A stretch of DNA of 64,000 nucleotides. Origin: the human T2T-CHM13v2.0 reference genome, Homo sapiens. A program made the position numbers and the translations under genes. Shown here piece by piece: positions 50,625 through 64,000 of the stretch (its first letter is position 1; each line of letters starts with the position of its first letter). The notes under the pieces are model-generated. The model saw nothing but the letters and a program-made list of their open reading frames with translations. It made no database searches and was not told where the DNA came from. The stretch lies in NCBI RefSeq assembly GCF_009914755.1, contig NC_060927.1, one strand, 5' to 3'.

Positions 50625-51950
50625 TTAGCCATTAATTGCTATATGAGAGTTCATAATATTCTATTTTTCATCATTTACGTTTTTCCATAATAAAAGGTTA
50701 ATAAAAATATAAGAAAGCCATATACCAAAATATTAAAAGCAGTTTCTCTTGATTCCATTTTTCTTTATGCTAATATGCATTTTAAGTTTTTTCTATTAAA
50801 TAAATTTCTTACATAAAATTTAAATTTTAAATTTCAAAATTTTTTTAAATTTCAATGTCATATATAAATTTTTAAGGAAATCTTTGCTCATATTGTCTTT
50901 TTGGAGATGTTCACTGCTCCTGCGGCCACACAAATCACACTCAGACATTCAGAGCCTGGAAAACTCAGTTCACTTTTTTTGTTTTGTTTTTAGGAAAAAA
51001 AATTAAACATAAAAGAACCCCATTGAGGGAACACTTATTCTATTTTATGGAATTGTTGCCCAATTCTTTAAAAAATTAATTTAAAAAAGAACCCCATTGA
51101 TACTTCTTCTGACAATACACCGCTTAAGCAATCTGAAAATATTTCATGTAAATATCCAATTTGTATTTCCCCAATTACATTTCACCTGAAGGTTCCAGTT
51201 ATCTTTTTCTAAAATTAACTAGGGGGTCTTGCTATAACAGATTTACAATCAGCACAATAATTCACCACTTTAGTGATCCTCACACAACAGAACAAATGTG
51301 TTAAGTTCAAGATACCCTAAGATGTTTCAGTAATTCTGGTTGAGTTTGCATTCAAAATTTTGCCTAAGCTATCATAACTAACTTTAATTGTTTTGTTTTA
51401 AAAATTGTATGTGGTCTTTTTAAATTTTTCAGACATTTTCTTAAAAAGCAGCCACTGAAAAGTTTACAGTGGTAACAACACCATGCTGAAGAATTCAAAA
51501 ATATGTGTGAATCTGAAAAAGTAACTAATTCACTGAAAGACAATATTTCTCACAATGCGATTATTTAACATTGTAATTTGATTAAATTTATCTGTATCAA
51601 GCAAAAGTGATGCCACACCCTTTCCCTCAGCAATGATTTAAACTAAGAAGTAGAGGTAATAAGAGACCTGAGCTCTGCATTATCTGTCCAACCTTGGGTA
51701 AGTCACCATCTCTCCATAACTCAATGTCTTCATCTACATACTGAAGGAGTTATACTTGTTAATCTTCCAGCTCCACAATCCTGTGTTCTAATGTTCTAAT
51801 ATATACTTCATAACCTTTGACCCATGATCATTCTAATGACAACATTGGAAAAAGATTTATAATATACATGATATAGAGATATCAATTAGATTACAAATAA
51901 CTTTCATAGGTTTAAATCATTTGGGAGAATGTTATTCTCAATACATCAGA

Positions 51951-52134
51951 TCAGGGTTTTGTCAACATCAGCACTACTGACATTTTGCAGTGGATAATTT
52001 CTTTGTCATGGGGACTGTCATATGCATTGTAGGAGGTTTATCTACCCACTAGATGCCAGTGGAACCCCCTCAGCGTGCTGACCAAAAATGTCTCCAGACG
52101 TTTGACAAAATCACCTCTGGTTTGAGAACTATTG
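51951..52134. mobile_element. MER20 hAT-Charlie MITE
   Basis: gcactactgacattttg..ggataatt...tctacccactagatgccagt...ccaaaaatgtctccagac. Confidence 0.8.
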
Positions 52135-52258
52135 CATTCGATTTAAAATGTCCAGGGTTTCCAGACAAGGGAAAAAGAAGAAGACTGTTTTTGTTTTGTG
52201 ATATAGGAGGAATGGCATAAGAAAAGACAGGAATGTTTTCCAGCAAAACAAAAGGTCG

Positions 52259-52394
52259 GGCTGGGCACAGTGGCTCACATGTGTAATCCTAGCACTTTGG
52301 GAGGCCGAGGCAGGAGGATAGCTTGAGGCCAGGTGTTTGAGACCAGGCTGCTCAACACAGTGAGACCCCAGTCTCTATTTAAAAAAAAAAAAAA
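52259..52394 (+). mobile_element. Alu monomer (FLAM_C-like)
   Basis: Left arm plus polyA. Confidence 0.82.
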
Positions 52395-53621
52395 TTGCAA
52401 CTCACATACTAGAAAAAGGTACCCTCTTGTATGAGGCCTAATGAAAACATTAATTAAATATTGTTGTGTGTGGCTAATGTAGTAACAATGAGAATAAAAG
52501 TATATAAGCTATGGGGAAATCCATAGGTATTCCATCCATGCCTTGTAAAGAATCCTCAATAAAGAGGTCCAAACGTTTTCAACAGAGATTAATGACATTA
52601 ACTTAATTCCTCTTCTCCCTAGCATTTCAAGGAGGCTAAAAGTGCTCAAGTTACTTACTCCCTATTCTAACCACTGAGAACACTCGCATGAAAAATATAT
52701 CTTCCCCCCGTTAAAAACCATAAGCATCTGCCTGTTGTAATCAAATGTAAATGTGGTACAAATCCCACTAGAAGTACCACTGGGTAATATACTCAAGTCC
52801 TCTGTTTTTAAAGAAAGGCCAAAGAAATCCAGTGTGGAGAAATTACTTTTAAATGTTTTAACAGAAAAGTAAACGTTCACACGTTCACTTTTTGGCTCAG
52901 CCCTATTTTCCACCAAACAGACAAACACCCAGTTTCCTTAGTCTATTCTGGGATTGGTCACCAGACTGGGCATAAGAGACCCAGAGTCTATTCCAGCTCC
53001 AAAACAGACTGGTAATCTCAAGCAAATTATTCACTCAGGTTAAGGTTCTATACCTGTATCATGCTAACAATACTGAAAATCTGCCCAGAAACAAGCACAG
53101 AGAAACCCGGGACTTCCTCCTGCACCCAAAGGACAACTGCAAATATATTTTTAGATTTATTAAATCTAAAAATCTGAATAGGATTTTATTTATAGCAACA
53201 TTTCAACATACTTGAAATTTCCAAACTGAGTGGTGCCTTTACCACTGCCCTCTATAAAATTAAGAAACGCTCTTGTTTAATCACACCATGCCTAATTTTG
53301 CAAAATTCTTCATGTAAACTCAACAAATCACAATTATTATATAAAACAAAAAGCTGTTTTAAATGCAAGCTGTTGGAAAGAGCTTCAACTTTTGCATTTC
53401 CAACTCTAGCTTTCATTCTACTGCACAAGTAGTTCTTTCCTGGCATCGTAAAAGGTGTTTCACAAAGTCTGGAGAGCAAAAGTTTGCCCCACAGCCCAAT
53501 TCTGGAAAGGCCTTAGGATTGTTCTTACCACTAGACAAGCAGGGTTTTTTAATATAAGGATACAGGTGTACATTTTTTGCTCTTAATACCCAGTAAAAAG
53601 CTGTCTAGTAAAGCAAGTTAC

Positions 53622-53942
53622 CTGCTGACCTTTTCACAGACGTGAAACTGTAAACACAATGCAGTTCAACAGAAGATTTGTAAAAGAGGAATAAGAAGAA
53701 AAACGGGTGTCCATCATCAGCCTTCGGCGGCCCCCCCGCTGTCTGGCGGACACTTGTTAGTGGCTGCGGAGAAGCCACTCACAAAGTTTCCCATCCCGTT
53801 GAGGGAAGGGGTCCTGACTGCGCCAGCGGGGCAGGCCCAGAAGGCGCGGTATCTGGGAGGTCCGGCCGCCGCAGACGACCCCGCCGAGGCCCAAAGTGCG
53901 CCAGCTTCTCCGCGCCCCTCCGCCTCCTCCTCCTCCTCCTCC
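53622..53942 (-). other. ZNF148: Candidate alternative 5' UTR exon of ZNF148 (321 nt)
   Basis: Acceptor cccctctgcag|GGAGG at 53943/53942 and donor CAGCAG|gtaact at 53622/53621; predicted from motifs only. Confidence 0.45.
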
Positions 53943-54310
53943 CTGCAGAGGGGCGCACGCGCACAGACACACGCACGCACGCACGCACGCACTTACACAC
54001 AAAAGGAAGTCATGGAAGGTGCTGGTCCCTGCATACAGGCACACTCGCGCGGGACACACACACCCCCCCCAAAAAGAGGCGTGCGGGGTTCGCCAGACGG
54101 TGGGCAAAAGCCCGTCCTCCCCCCCTTCCAGGGCCTGCTCACTTCAGGGAGCGCCCACTCGCCCAGCCACGGGCCAAGAGCGCACGGACCCAGGCGGGCG
54201 GCAGCCCACCCGCCACCACGCAGGCTCCACTTCGCTGTTCCACAGCCACCAACCGCACAGCCGGCACAGTCCCGCCCGCGCAGCTGGCCCAATCGGGCCT
54301 GGGCTGCAAA
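53715..54310 (-). promoter_or_regulatory. ZNF148: CpG island: ZNF148 (alternative) promoter and 5' exon region
   Basis: Only non-Alu CpG-dense GC-rich tract in the window. CCAAT at 54289, GC boxes, NRF1-like gcgcacgcgca 53953-53963, ETS-like ggaagt 54005. Minus-strand donors at 53996 (gtaagt), 53782 (gtgagt), 53621 (CAG|gtaact). Confidence 0.85.
53923..53992. repeat. (CCT)6 followed by a (GCAC)n microsatellite in the CpG island
   Basis: Directly visible. Confidence 0.9.
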
Positions 54311-54686
54311 AGCCCAGGGAATATGAGGGCTCCCTACTTCCAAGTTTCTTTAATAAAAATATTACATTTAATGATGCTTGTCAATATCCTCACCTCTACA
54401 AACCAAGGCCTGTTTAAGCCCCTTTCCTTAAAGAACCAGTTATCAATAGTATCCAACAAAACGCTGCAGAACACAGCTTTGTATTATCACACAGCCTGAC
54501 AGTAAGAAATCTCTTTCAGTAGCCTCCGCCTTAATCCTTCCTCTTACTCTAACTTTTCCACACCCTAATTTACTCATTTTAGTTTTTTCTTGCCTTGCTG
54601 TTTTATATTGTTCCCAAAAGAAATCTTCTCTAAACCATCTTTCCATTTTACTTTTCTAATACTTGAAGTAACAAGCTTCATAAATC

Positions 54687-54995
<309 letters not shown>

Positions 54996-56459
54996 TCATA
55001 AATCACTTCCATGATAGCTCCCACTTTAGCTATTCAAAATCTCTCCACAACTTTTATAATTTTTTATCAGCTCCTACCAAATCAATACATAAATAACTTT
55101 CTCAAACACTGCGTTTTTCTTGTCTGTTCTCATTTCCTCAAAGCTAACACTCTCCAACTTACACAAATTTGCCCCAAACTGCCATCAAAGTTTGTGCATC
55201 TATTCCAGAAGCCCCTATGGCTACAGAAAAATCTGTTTCCTAGGCTCGTCCCCAAAACCTTGAAAATGACCTTTCCAAATATTCTGTAACAATTCATTTA
55301 ACTCATTCATAACTCAAAACTAGTTCCACTACTAGTCCCACTTCCCTTAAAACTAATTATACAACCTAATCAAATAAACAAATTTTAATATTATATGTAT
55401 CTACACATACAGGTGTGTACATATGACAAGTACACATATACAGGGGCCTGCAGAACAGCAAGTGTGCATTTCATTCTAATCTCTTGGATATTGGCTCTTC
55501 TCAATTTTACAGGGAAAACTTCTCCATGCCACCCTAGATGTTCAAAGGTCAAACCCCTGTATTGTGAAGACATTTATCTATGTTGAATTAATATAGTTAT
55601 CATTTAAAACACACTTCTCTCCATGTCTACTATAATCCTTCCCATCACCTTCTTTAAGATACTCATCATTGGCCTAACCCACACAATCCACCCAAATATT
55701 CAGAATATGCTCTCCCTCAACAAGGTCCAGTCTGAGGCACATCCTAAAAACAACTCTAGACTGAATCAGGCAGGGCTGCTACATGATGGTACAGCCAAGT
55801 TTCATGAGTTGAGCAAAGTGAGAACCCTGGGCCCTCTCAGGCCTTCAACACTCTGAGTCTCCAGAGATCTTTCATTATTAAATTTGGTGGCTAAACAGAT
55901 GTAGAAGTTAAGGCAGGAAGAAAGTGATGAAAGCCCAGGGCTAAATCCTGGAACTAATCCTGAAGCAAAGCTACACTAGGATGGAACACCAATACTACGT
56001 ATTTTGTGCCTTGTCATATTTTTCTCACTGCCATTTCATGTTTCTACATTAAATATGCTTTCTCTCTCTCTCTCTGAAACATGAACATCAAAAACTCTGA
56101 TATGGGCCATGCACAGTGGCTCATGTCTATAATCCCAGCACTTCAGGATTATTAAAGTCATTATAGACAAAAAAGAAAGTAAAGAGTCCACTTTAGTTCC
56201 CTTAGGACATCTCATTCTTACCATGTGCCCCATTCTTCCACATTTTACCCGAATCTCTTTACTTATGCAAGTTTTTGCCAGTTTTTGCAAACAGAAAACA
56301 TGATGTGGTTCTCAAGCACACAAATAGAGATCTCAATGTCTCTATCACTGACAATATTTTTTTAAAAGCTGGCATGACATACTGCCACCTTTTATCATGG
56401 GTGGCATAGACTGTTCTTATTTGCACAGAGAAAGAATAGGTTTCTGACATCAGTTATTT

Positions 56460-56753
56460 CCTGCTCACTTCAGCGAGCGCCCACCTGCCTGCCCTGCCAT
56501 GGGCCAAGAGCACACAGACCCAAGTGGGCGGCAGCCCACCCGCCACCATGCAGCTCCACGCCGCTGCTCCACCAGCTGCTAAGTGCACCGCCAGCACAGG
56601 CCCGCCCATGCAGCTGGCACAACTGGGCCTGGGCTGCAAAAGCCCAGGGAATACAAGGGCTCCCTACTTCCCAGTTTAATAAAAATATTACACTTAATGA
56701 TGCTTGTCAATATCCTCGCCCCTACAAACCATGGCCTGTTTAAACCCCTTTCC
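56460..56753 (+). repeat. Diverged 294-bp duplicate of promoter segment 54134-54427
   Basis: Colinear match from cctgctcacttcag to cccctttcc, including identical gggcctgggctgcaaaagcccagggaata. Confidence 0.95.
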
Positions 56754-56944
56754 ATATGTTCTCTCCATATTTTCTCTGCTGCAAGCTACTCTCTCCTCTC
56801 TTATGCCTACAACTTCAACTTCCTCATTCATTTCCAGTCCATCTATTTACCAGATCCTATCAGCTTCTCCATGTTCTATTGTCAACAAACAATAGAACAT
56901 CTTTTGTCTTTTACCTTCATCTTTTTTTTTAGACAGGGTTTTTG

Positions 56945-57242
56945 TATTTTTTTGATTTTTTTAGACAGGGTCTCACTCTGTGGCCCAGGCTGAGCGCAGT
57001 GGTGCAATCATGGCTCACTGCAGCCTTGACTTCCAGGGCTCAAGTGATTCTCCCACCTCAGCCTCCTGAGTAACTGGAACTATAGGTGTGCACCACCATG
57101 CCCAGCTAATTTTTTATTTTTGTGTAGAGACAAGGTTTCCCTATGTTGCCCAGGCTGGTCTCGAACTCCTGAGCTCAAGTGATCCTCCTGCCCCTGCCTC
57201 CCAAATCACTGGGATTACAGGTGTGAGCCATCATACTCAGCT
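56945..57242 (-). mobile_element. Alu (AluJ-like)
   Basis: Antisense dimer. Confidence 0.88.
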
Positions 57243-57392
57243 TACCTTATCTTTAATACACCTCCACCTCATCTTTTGTTTCCAATGTCTCATTTCTTAA
57301 CCCACAAATATCTTTCAGCTAAATTTATATCAGTATATTACACATGAATGGTTATGATTTTGCAAGTATTATTTATTTTATAAACAAACTGT

Positions 57393-57710
57393 TGGGAGGC
57401 CAAGGAGGGAAGATCGCTTGAGACCAGAAGTTTAAGACCAGCCTGGGCAACATAGGAAGACCACATCTCTTTAAAAAAAAAAAATTAAAATTAAAATTAA
57501 AAAATTAAAAAATATATATATACATATATATAGAAAAGAAAAGCCAGGTATGGTGGTACACATATGTAATCCCAACTACTCAGAAGGCTGAGGCAGGAGA
57601 ATTGCTTGAGCCCAGGAGGCAAGGCTGCAGTGAGCCATGACTGGACCACTGCACTCCAGCCTGGGTAACAGAGAAGACCCTGTCTGAAAAATTAAAAAAT
57701 AATAATAATA
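57393..57710 (+). mobile_element. Alu (AluJ-like) with expanded middle A/TA tract
   Basis: Two Alu arms separated by A-rich and (TA)n sequence. Confidence 0.85.
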
Positions 57711-58206
57711 AGAGAACTGGTAAATGTAACAAATCTAGCTATTTTTCTCAATTCCCGTGGCTCAATGATTCCAATCACTATCAACTCTTGCCCAATTATT
57801 GTGACCACCTGTCTCATCTTACCTGGCTTTTCCTGGACAATCTGCTTCTCTCATGACTAGCTATATCATTCTCCTACTCCTTCAGCTTGATAAAAAAGGA
57901 CTTGCTGCTTCTTGCTCCCCAGGACCACTCCCTGTTATCCTATCACTAAAAAATCGCTTGGGAGTCACATTACTCACTGAAACCATTCCTTCTGCAACAT
58001 CTACCAACCTCCAGAACACCCTCCTATTTCCCCTACCCAATAACTTCAATTCTGCTTGCTCCCAAATTCAGCCATTATTCTCAATGACTTCAACAAAGAT
58101 GCTCAAGAACTTTCTACACCCTGACCTTCAAAAACTCCTAAGACCTTCATCTGCACTTCAGCTAGCCACAAAGAAACAAAACAGAGCCATCAACTGAAAA
58201 GTGCTA

Positions 58207-58506
<300 letters not shown>

Positions 58507-59153
58507 TTACAATCCACTAGGATTGTAACTTCAGAGACCACCCCCCTTTTCTTTATCCACAACTACTTTATGTTCTAGTTGTAGACCTGCTCTTTACCTC
58601 CACTTGGCTTTATTGTCTCCCTATATAATTTAAACCTGTCCAACAGCCATTTTAACACTGTCCTCTCCAGAATATCATGACCTTCCATTATTCTCACTAT
58701 GCATCTCCCCAGTGATAGACAATCCTCACCATCTGTTTTCTCCATGCCCACGCACTGGGTGTTAAGCACCACCAGAAAGCTATGAAATCTTCCACAACAG
58801 ATTTATTCTAAATACAACTCTCCGTCTCATTGACTAATCCAAATCATTTTCATATTTAAATCCCTAATTCCAACAAATACTCGAACCCTTCTATAAAATT
58901 CCCTCAAATCACACCTTCTCCACCTGTAATCAAATCCTCTTCACAGCTTCTAAAATGCTGTAACTTCATCCATCTGTTACTTCTTGCCTCCAGTTTTAGA
59001 ATAAGAGTTGTTGTTCTTCCTTCTCAAACTAAACTTCTTTAATCAATTCCTGTATTTATTGCTTCCATATTCTTCCAACCCACTCAGTAAACCACCATGC
59101 ACCCTGGTCTCTGAACTGCTCTCTTGAAGACCACAAAAAAAAACAAAAACTAA

Positions 59154-59585
<432 letters not shown>

Positions 59586-60315
59586 TGACCTCTCTGGTTG
59601 TTTCTTCTATCTGAAATCACTGCTGCTCTTCCTAGCCCAAATTGTGGATATTTTCCCAAGGTCTGACCTGGAGCCTCCTATAATTCTCAGCCACTGAGGG
59701 TCTCATCCCTCACCACTGTTTCTACATTTTCATTCTTCATATGGCTGTCTTCCCCCAGCTACCCAAAATAATCTTTAAACCATCACCCTCTCCTACAATC
59801 CAATTTACTCCTGAGGAATTAGAATATATAATGATTTCTTTTTAACTAGAATTGGAATGCATAATGATTTCTTTTTAACTAGATTCTTCAACTATTACTT
59901 CAATTAACACTTCAATTATCAGTCCAAATAATTTCATAACCGTCAGTGCCCTAACTAAATCCAAAATTAGTAGCTATATAATTATCAACTCTATGTATGT
60001 ATTCCCAACTCTATATTGGACTTCTTTTCTTAGCTCCAATCCAGTACTGATGCCTCACACACAGGTCAATGTGTCTTAAAACCCCAAAACAGTTCTGCTA
60101 AGTGATCTAATAATTTCTACTAATGGCACCATCAATCTCAGTCACCCAGATTAAAAGCCCTAGAGCTTTTCTTCAGTTTTCTTTTTCTCTACTGTTTCCC
60201 AAAAGCCTATCTGCCATCAAACCTTCCCATTCTTTCTTTGAGGTATTTCTTATAGCTATCCCTCTCCTTTTATTCCCACTATGACTACCCAACTTATACC
60301 CTCAATACTTCACAC

Positions 60316-60607
60316 TTTTTTTTTTTTCTTTTGAGACAGGGTCTCCCTCTGTCACCCAGGCTGGAGTGTAGATTTCAGCTCACTGCAACCTCTGCCTTCT
60401 GGGTTCAAGTCATTCTCCTGCCTCAGCCTCCCGTGCACCTGGAACTACAGGCATGTGCCACCACGCCCCGCTAATTTTTTTATCTTTGTAGAGACAAGGT
60501 TTCGCCATGTTGCCTAGGCTGGTCTCAAACTCCTGAGCTCAAGCAATCTGCCTGCCTCAGCCTCCCAAAATGCTGAGATTACAGGCATAAGCCACTGTGT
60601 CCAGCCT
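60316..60607 (-). mobile_element. Alu (AluJ-like)
   Basis: Antisense dimer, TSD tacttcacactttt. Confidence 0.9.
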
Positions 60608-60774
60608 ACTTCACACTTTTTCCTAACTTTGTCTCCCAGTCACCAGGTTCTCTTCATTACAAAAAGAGAAAGGTCACCAGATTAGTATTCTTAAATAGTC
60701 TCTTATTTACCCGTTCAAAAATCAACACTGGTTCTCCACTGCATACTGACTTAAGTTAAAACTCCTCAGACTTC

Positions 60775-61062
60775 AGCCAGGTATGGTGGCTCATGCCTGT
60801 AATCCCAGCACTCTGGGAGACCGAGGTGGGCAGATCACTTGAGGTGAGGAGTTTGAGAAAAGCCTGGCCAATATGGCAAAACCCTGTCTCTACTAAAAAT
60901 GCAAAAATTAGCTGGGCGTGGTGTCACATGCCTGTAATCCTGGCTACTAGGGCGGCTAAGGTAGGAGAATAGCTTGAACCCAGAAGGCGGAGGTTGCAGT
61001 GAGCAGACATCGCACCACTCCAGCCTGGGTGAGTGAGACTCTGCCTGAAAAAAACAAACAGA
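60775..61062 (+). mobile_element. Alu (AluS-like)
   Basis: Dimer, TSD cctcagacttca. Confidence 0.88.
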
Positions 61063-61084
61063 ACACCTCAGACTTCAAAAAACT

Positions 61085-61465
61085 TGAAACCATCCAATAA
61101 TCATGGAATAGATAAATACACTGTGGTATATTCATATGATAGAATACCACACAGCAATGAAAAAAGAATAAACAGCCAAACATAACATGGATAAAACTCA
61201 CAGACATGCTCCTTGAGAAAAAGGAACTAGACACAGAAATTGGGTTCCACTTATACAAAATTCAAAAACACACAACACTACTCTGTTATGACAAAAGTCA
61301 GAATAATAATTTTTGGTTGGATGAGATATCAGCTTGGAAATGGCACATGAGGCATCCTTCTGGAAGTTGGAAATGTCCTGTATATTGAACTGGGTGGTGG
61401 CTACATAAATTTATACCTAAGTGCCCTTAAGATTGGAGCACTTTACTGTATTTATCTCAATAAAT
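61085..61465 (+). mobile_element. Old L1ME/MD 3' end fragment
   Basis: gataaatacactgtggtatattcat...aacatggataaaactcacagacat...tatctcaataaa. Confidence 0.65.
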
Positions 61466-61850
61466 ACATTTTCAAAATCCAAGTTAGCCTGAATTTTTGA
61501 GATAGTCTGCCTACTTCCCAGCTTTATTTCCCTCCATTCCTCAACATGAACCCTAAATTATAGCTAATCTAGACCACCAACCCCTAAACATGTCCTGAAC
61601 TTTGCTCACTGTCACTCATATCACTCCTTCTTCTAGGAAAGCCAACCCTCACCTTCTTGCCTATTATCTTATTTATCCTTCAAGGTCTAAGCTTCGCACC
61701 AATTTCTCCACAAAGCCAACCTTGAACAAACCTGCCACAGTACTTGTGTCATAGATGGATGTGTATGTTTTGTCCCTGGATAAATTCCTGAAGAACACGG
61801 ACTGTGTCATATATAAACATGTATCCTTCACACTCCCTACCATAGAACCT

Positions 61851-61958
61851 TGCACATGGTAAATATAAAAATATACCCTGAATGAATAAATTCTGGCAGT
61901 CCATTGCATACAGTAAATATAAAAATATACCCTGAACGAATAAATTCTGGCAGTCCAT
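61851..61958. repeat. 54-bp tandem duplication
   Basis: gtaaatataaaaatataccctgaa(t/c)gaataaattctggcagtccat occurs twice, period 54. Confidence 0.95.
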
Positions 61959-62190
61959 CAAAGTATCCTCCAGTCTAACCCTCCTTCTCACATCCACCCA
62001 TCACTGCTTCTACTCACAATTCATCCCACAGTCCACGTATTTAGTTTCTATCATTCAACAAATAATTGAGCACCTACTACATGAAAGAAACTAAAATTAT
62101 ACTCTAATGTACTGCACTAAACTACCCAAAAATATAATCCAATTTCAGCTGCTGCCATTTGAATATTTCTACAACTCTAAATTTCCAGTC

Positions 62191-62503
62191 AGCCAGGCAT
62201 GGTGGCTCACACCTGTAATCCCAACACTTTGGGAAGCTGAGGGAGGGGATCACTGGAGCCCAAGAGTTTGAGATCAGCCCAGGCAACATGGTGAGACCAC
62301 ATCTCTACAAAAAAAATTGAAAATTAGCCAGGCGTGGTGGTACATGCCTGTGGTCCCAGGTACTCGGAAGGCTGAGGCAAGAGGATCACTTGAATCCACG
62401 AGGTAGAGGCTGCAGTGAGCTGCTGCGTTCACACAACTGCATTCCAGCCTGGGCAACAGATCAAGAGCCTCACGTTCGTTCATTCAATAATAAATAAATA
62501 AAT
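62191..62503 (+). mobile_element. Alu (AluJ-like)
   Basis: Dimer with (taaa)n tail; tttc(c/t)agtca flanks. Confidence 0.88.
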
Positions 62504-63094
62504 AGCATATTTCTAGTCATCTTCCCCTCTTCCCTACCTCCAACTGCATTCCACTTCCATATTCTAATCCTACTGCTATCAAACTAATTCAAGCCCTTCT
62601 TAATATCTCCAGTAGCCACCTAACTGGTCTTTTTGTTTTCTAACTGGTCTTTTCACATACAATCTTACTCTACCACCACATTACCCGCAATCTACCCAGT
62701 AAGGTATAGCTATTGCCAGCTATCTAATATACGGTCCTTGGCTCAATTCTCTACTCAGAAAAGTTCAACAGCTATACACTAATGATTTCTGCTAACATAC
62801 TTTAATCATATGTTAACATACTTTAATTCTCACATCCTCACCATAACCCTTGCCAGGAAAGTATGATTATCAATTTTATGAGAAAATGGAAACTCAGAAA
62901 GGAAATAATTCTCCATAATCATACAGTGGGTAAACAGAAGAGCCAAGACTAAAACCCAGCTTCTGTTTGCTTACCAAGCACAACACTACATCATATCAAA
63001 TACAAACTACTTAGCTTAGCTTTCAAGGCCATCCATTTTCAACCCAACCCCAACTGACTCTCCTACCTTGTATTATACCTTATTCATGAACTCT

Positions 63095-63370
63095 CTGCGT
63101 TCCAAACTATAGATTGTGATTAATTATTTTGTCGGTCATGAAATCAGTTTAATGAGTGACAATCAGCTTTTTTTTCTTCCCCCTTGGCCAGCTTTTTTCT
63201 TTTTAGTCAAACAAAATAGATAACATCCAACTGCACCTGCCACTGTTAAGGACAGTTACTGTATTATGAAACTTCTTGTTTTACCCACACACAAACATTC
63301 ATACATGCATATATTAGATAGAAGTGTGACATGTATTTCTTACTATAGGTCATAGTTTAAAAATTAAAAC
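63095..63370. mobile_element. Probable hAT-Charlie MITE relic
   Basis: ggtcatgaaatcagtttaatgagt ... atgtatttcttactataggtcat resemble Charlie-derived MERs; subfamily not determined. Confidence 0.45.
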
Positions 63371-64000
63371 CTAACTCACCATTCCCCACATCTCCTGGGC
63401 TTCTCACCTCCAAGCCTTTGCTTACGCTAATCTCTCAGGCAGGAATGCTCTCTTTCAGTAATCTTTGCCAATCAAAATCCTATCAATCCAAAACTTAAAA
63501 AAAAAAATCTTATCAATCCCTTCAAAGACTAGCTAAAATTCCACTTTTATGCCTTTAAAGTTCTGTCTCAGGTTTTCTCCTAATCAAATGCATTTTCTGC
63601 CTTTTAAATTCAGTAATATTTGGTATATTTGTGACTCACAGATATATTTGTGATTATAGTACAGGTATTTGTGCACAAGTCCAGCTGCCCTACCACAATA
63701 TAAATCCCAAAGGTTTTATTCCTGACAGCAAAGCATTATATGCTTTTGCATATAACAAATGTGCATTATCTGTTAAATAAAGCTCATCCCATCATTTTCT
63801 GAAACCTTGTTATAAATCAACATAATTTAATAACTTCTACTATATTCCAAACTTCTGTTGACTCTTATCCTTCAAATAGCCTTACCATCTTCCTCCTCAA
63901 AACAGCCGTCTCAAATAATCCTCTTTACCCTCCATCTTCTCATGCTTTCCTCCAAAGATAGCCTGTCATATTTCAGTAATCTTTTCCCTCCTTCAGAATC

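Noticed and set aside
53943-53996. 54-nt GT-AG mini-intron
   Set aside because: Shorter than typical human spliceosomal introns and no clear branch point; treated as alternative sites instead
53754-54417. 190-aa and 173-aa ORFs over the CpG island
   Set aside because: Long ORFs on both strands are expected in GC-rich, stop-poor DNA; low-complexity translation from the microsatellites; no recognisable domain

Overview
Human (primate) genomic DNA, AT-rich and largely repeat-derived. It covers the 5' part of ZNF148 (ZBP-89, C2H2 zinc-finger transcription factor) on the minus strand. Visible gene parts are a CpG-island promoter/alternative 5' exon region (~53.7-54.3 kb), two non-coding exons (27869-27949, 20048-20183) and the first coding exon (10035-10383; ATG at 10367, 111 codons). 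The zinc-finger exons lie off the left edge. The introns hold two processed pseudogenes (DUT on +, DNAJB6 isoform b on -), a tailless 5S rRNA retrocopy, solo LTRs (LTR12, MER57, THE1, MLT1), DNA-transposon relics, old L1s and about 40 Alus including an AluYa5. I found no new protein-coding system. The most unusual signals are: a CpG-decayed 294-bp copy of the promoter; several short non-tandem local duplications, one with template-switch scars; an LTR12 pointing antisense through the DNAJB6 retrocopy; a uORF-rich 5' UTR; and an AUG-containing exon block flanked by inverted Alus (circRNA candidate). Repeat subfamily names and many repeat boundaries were called by eye and are approximate.
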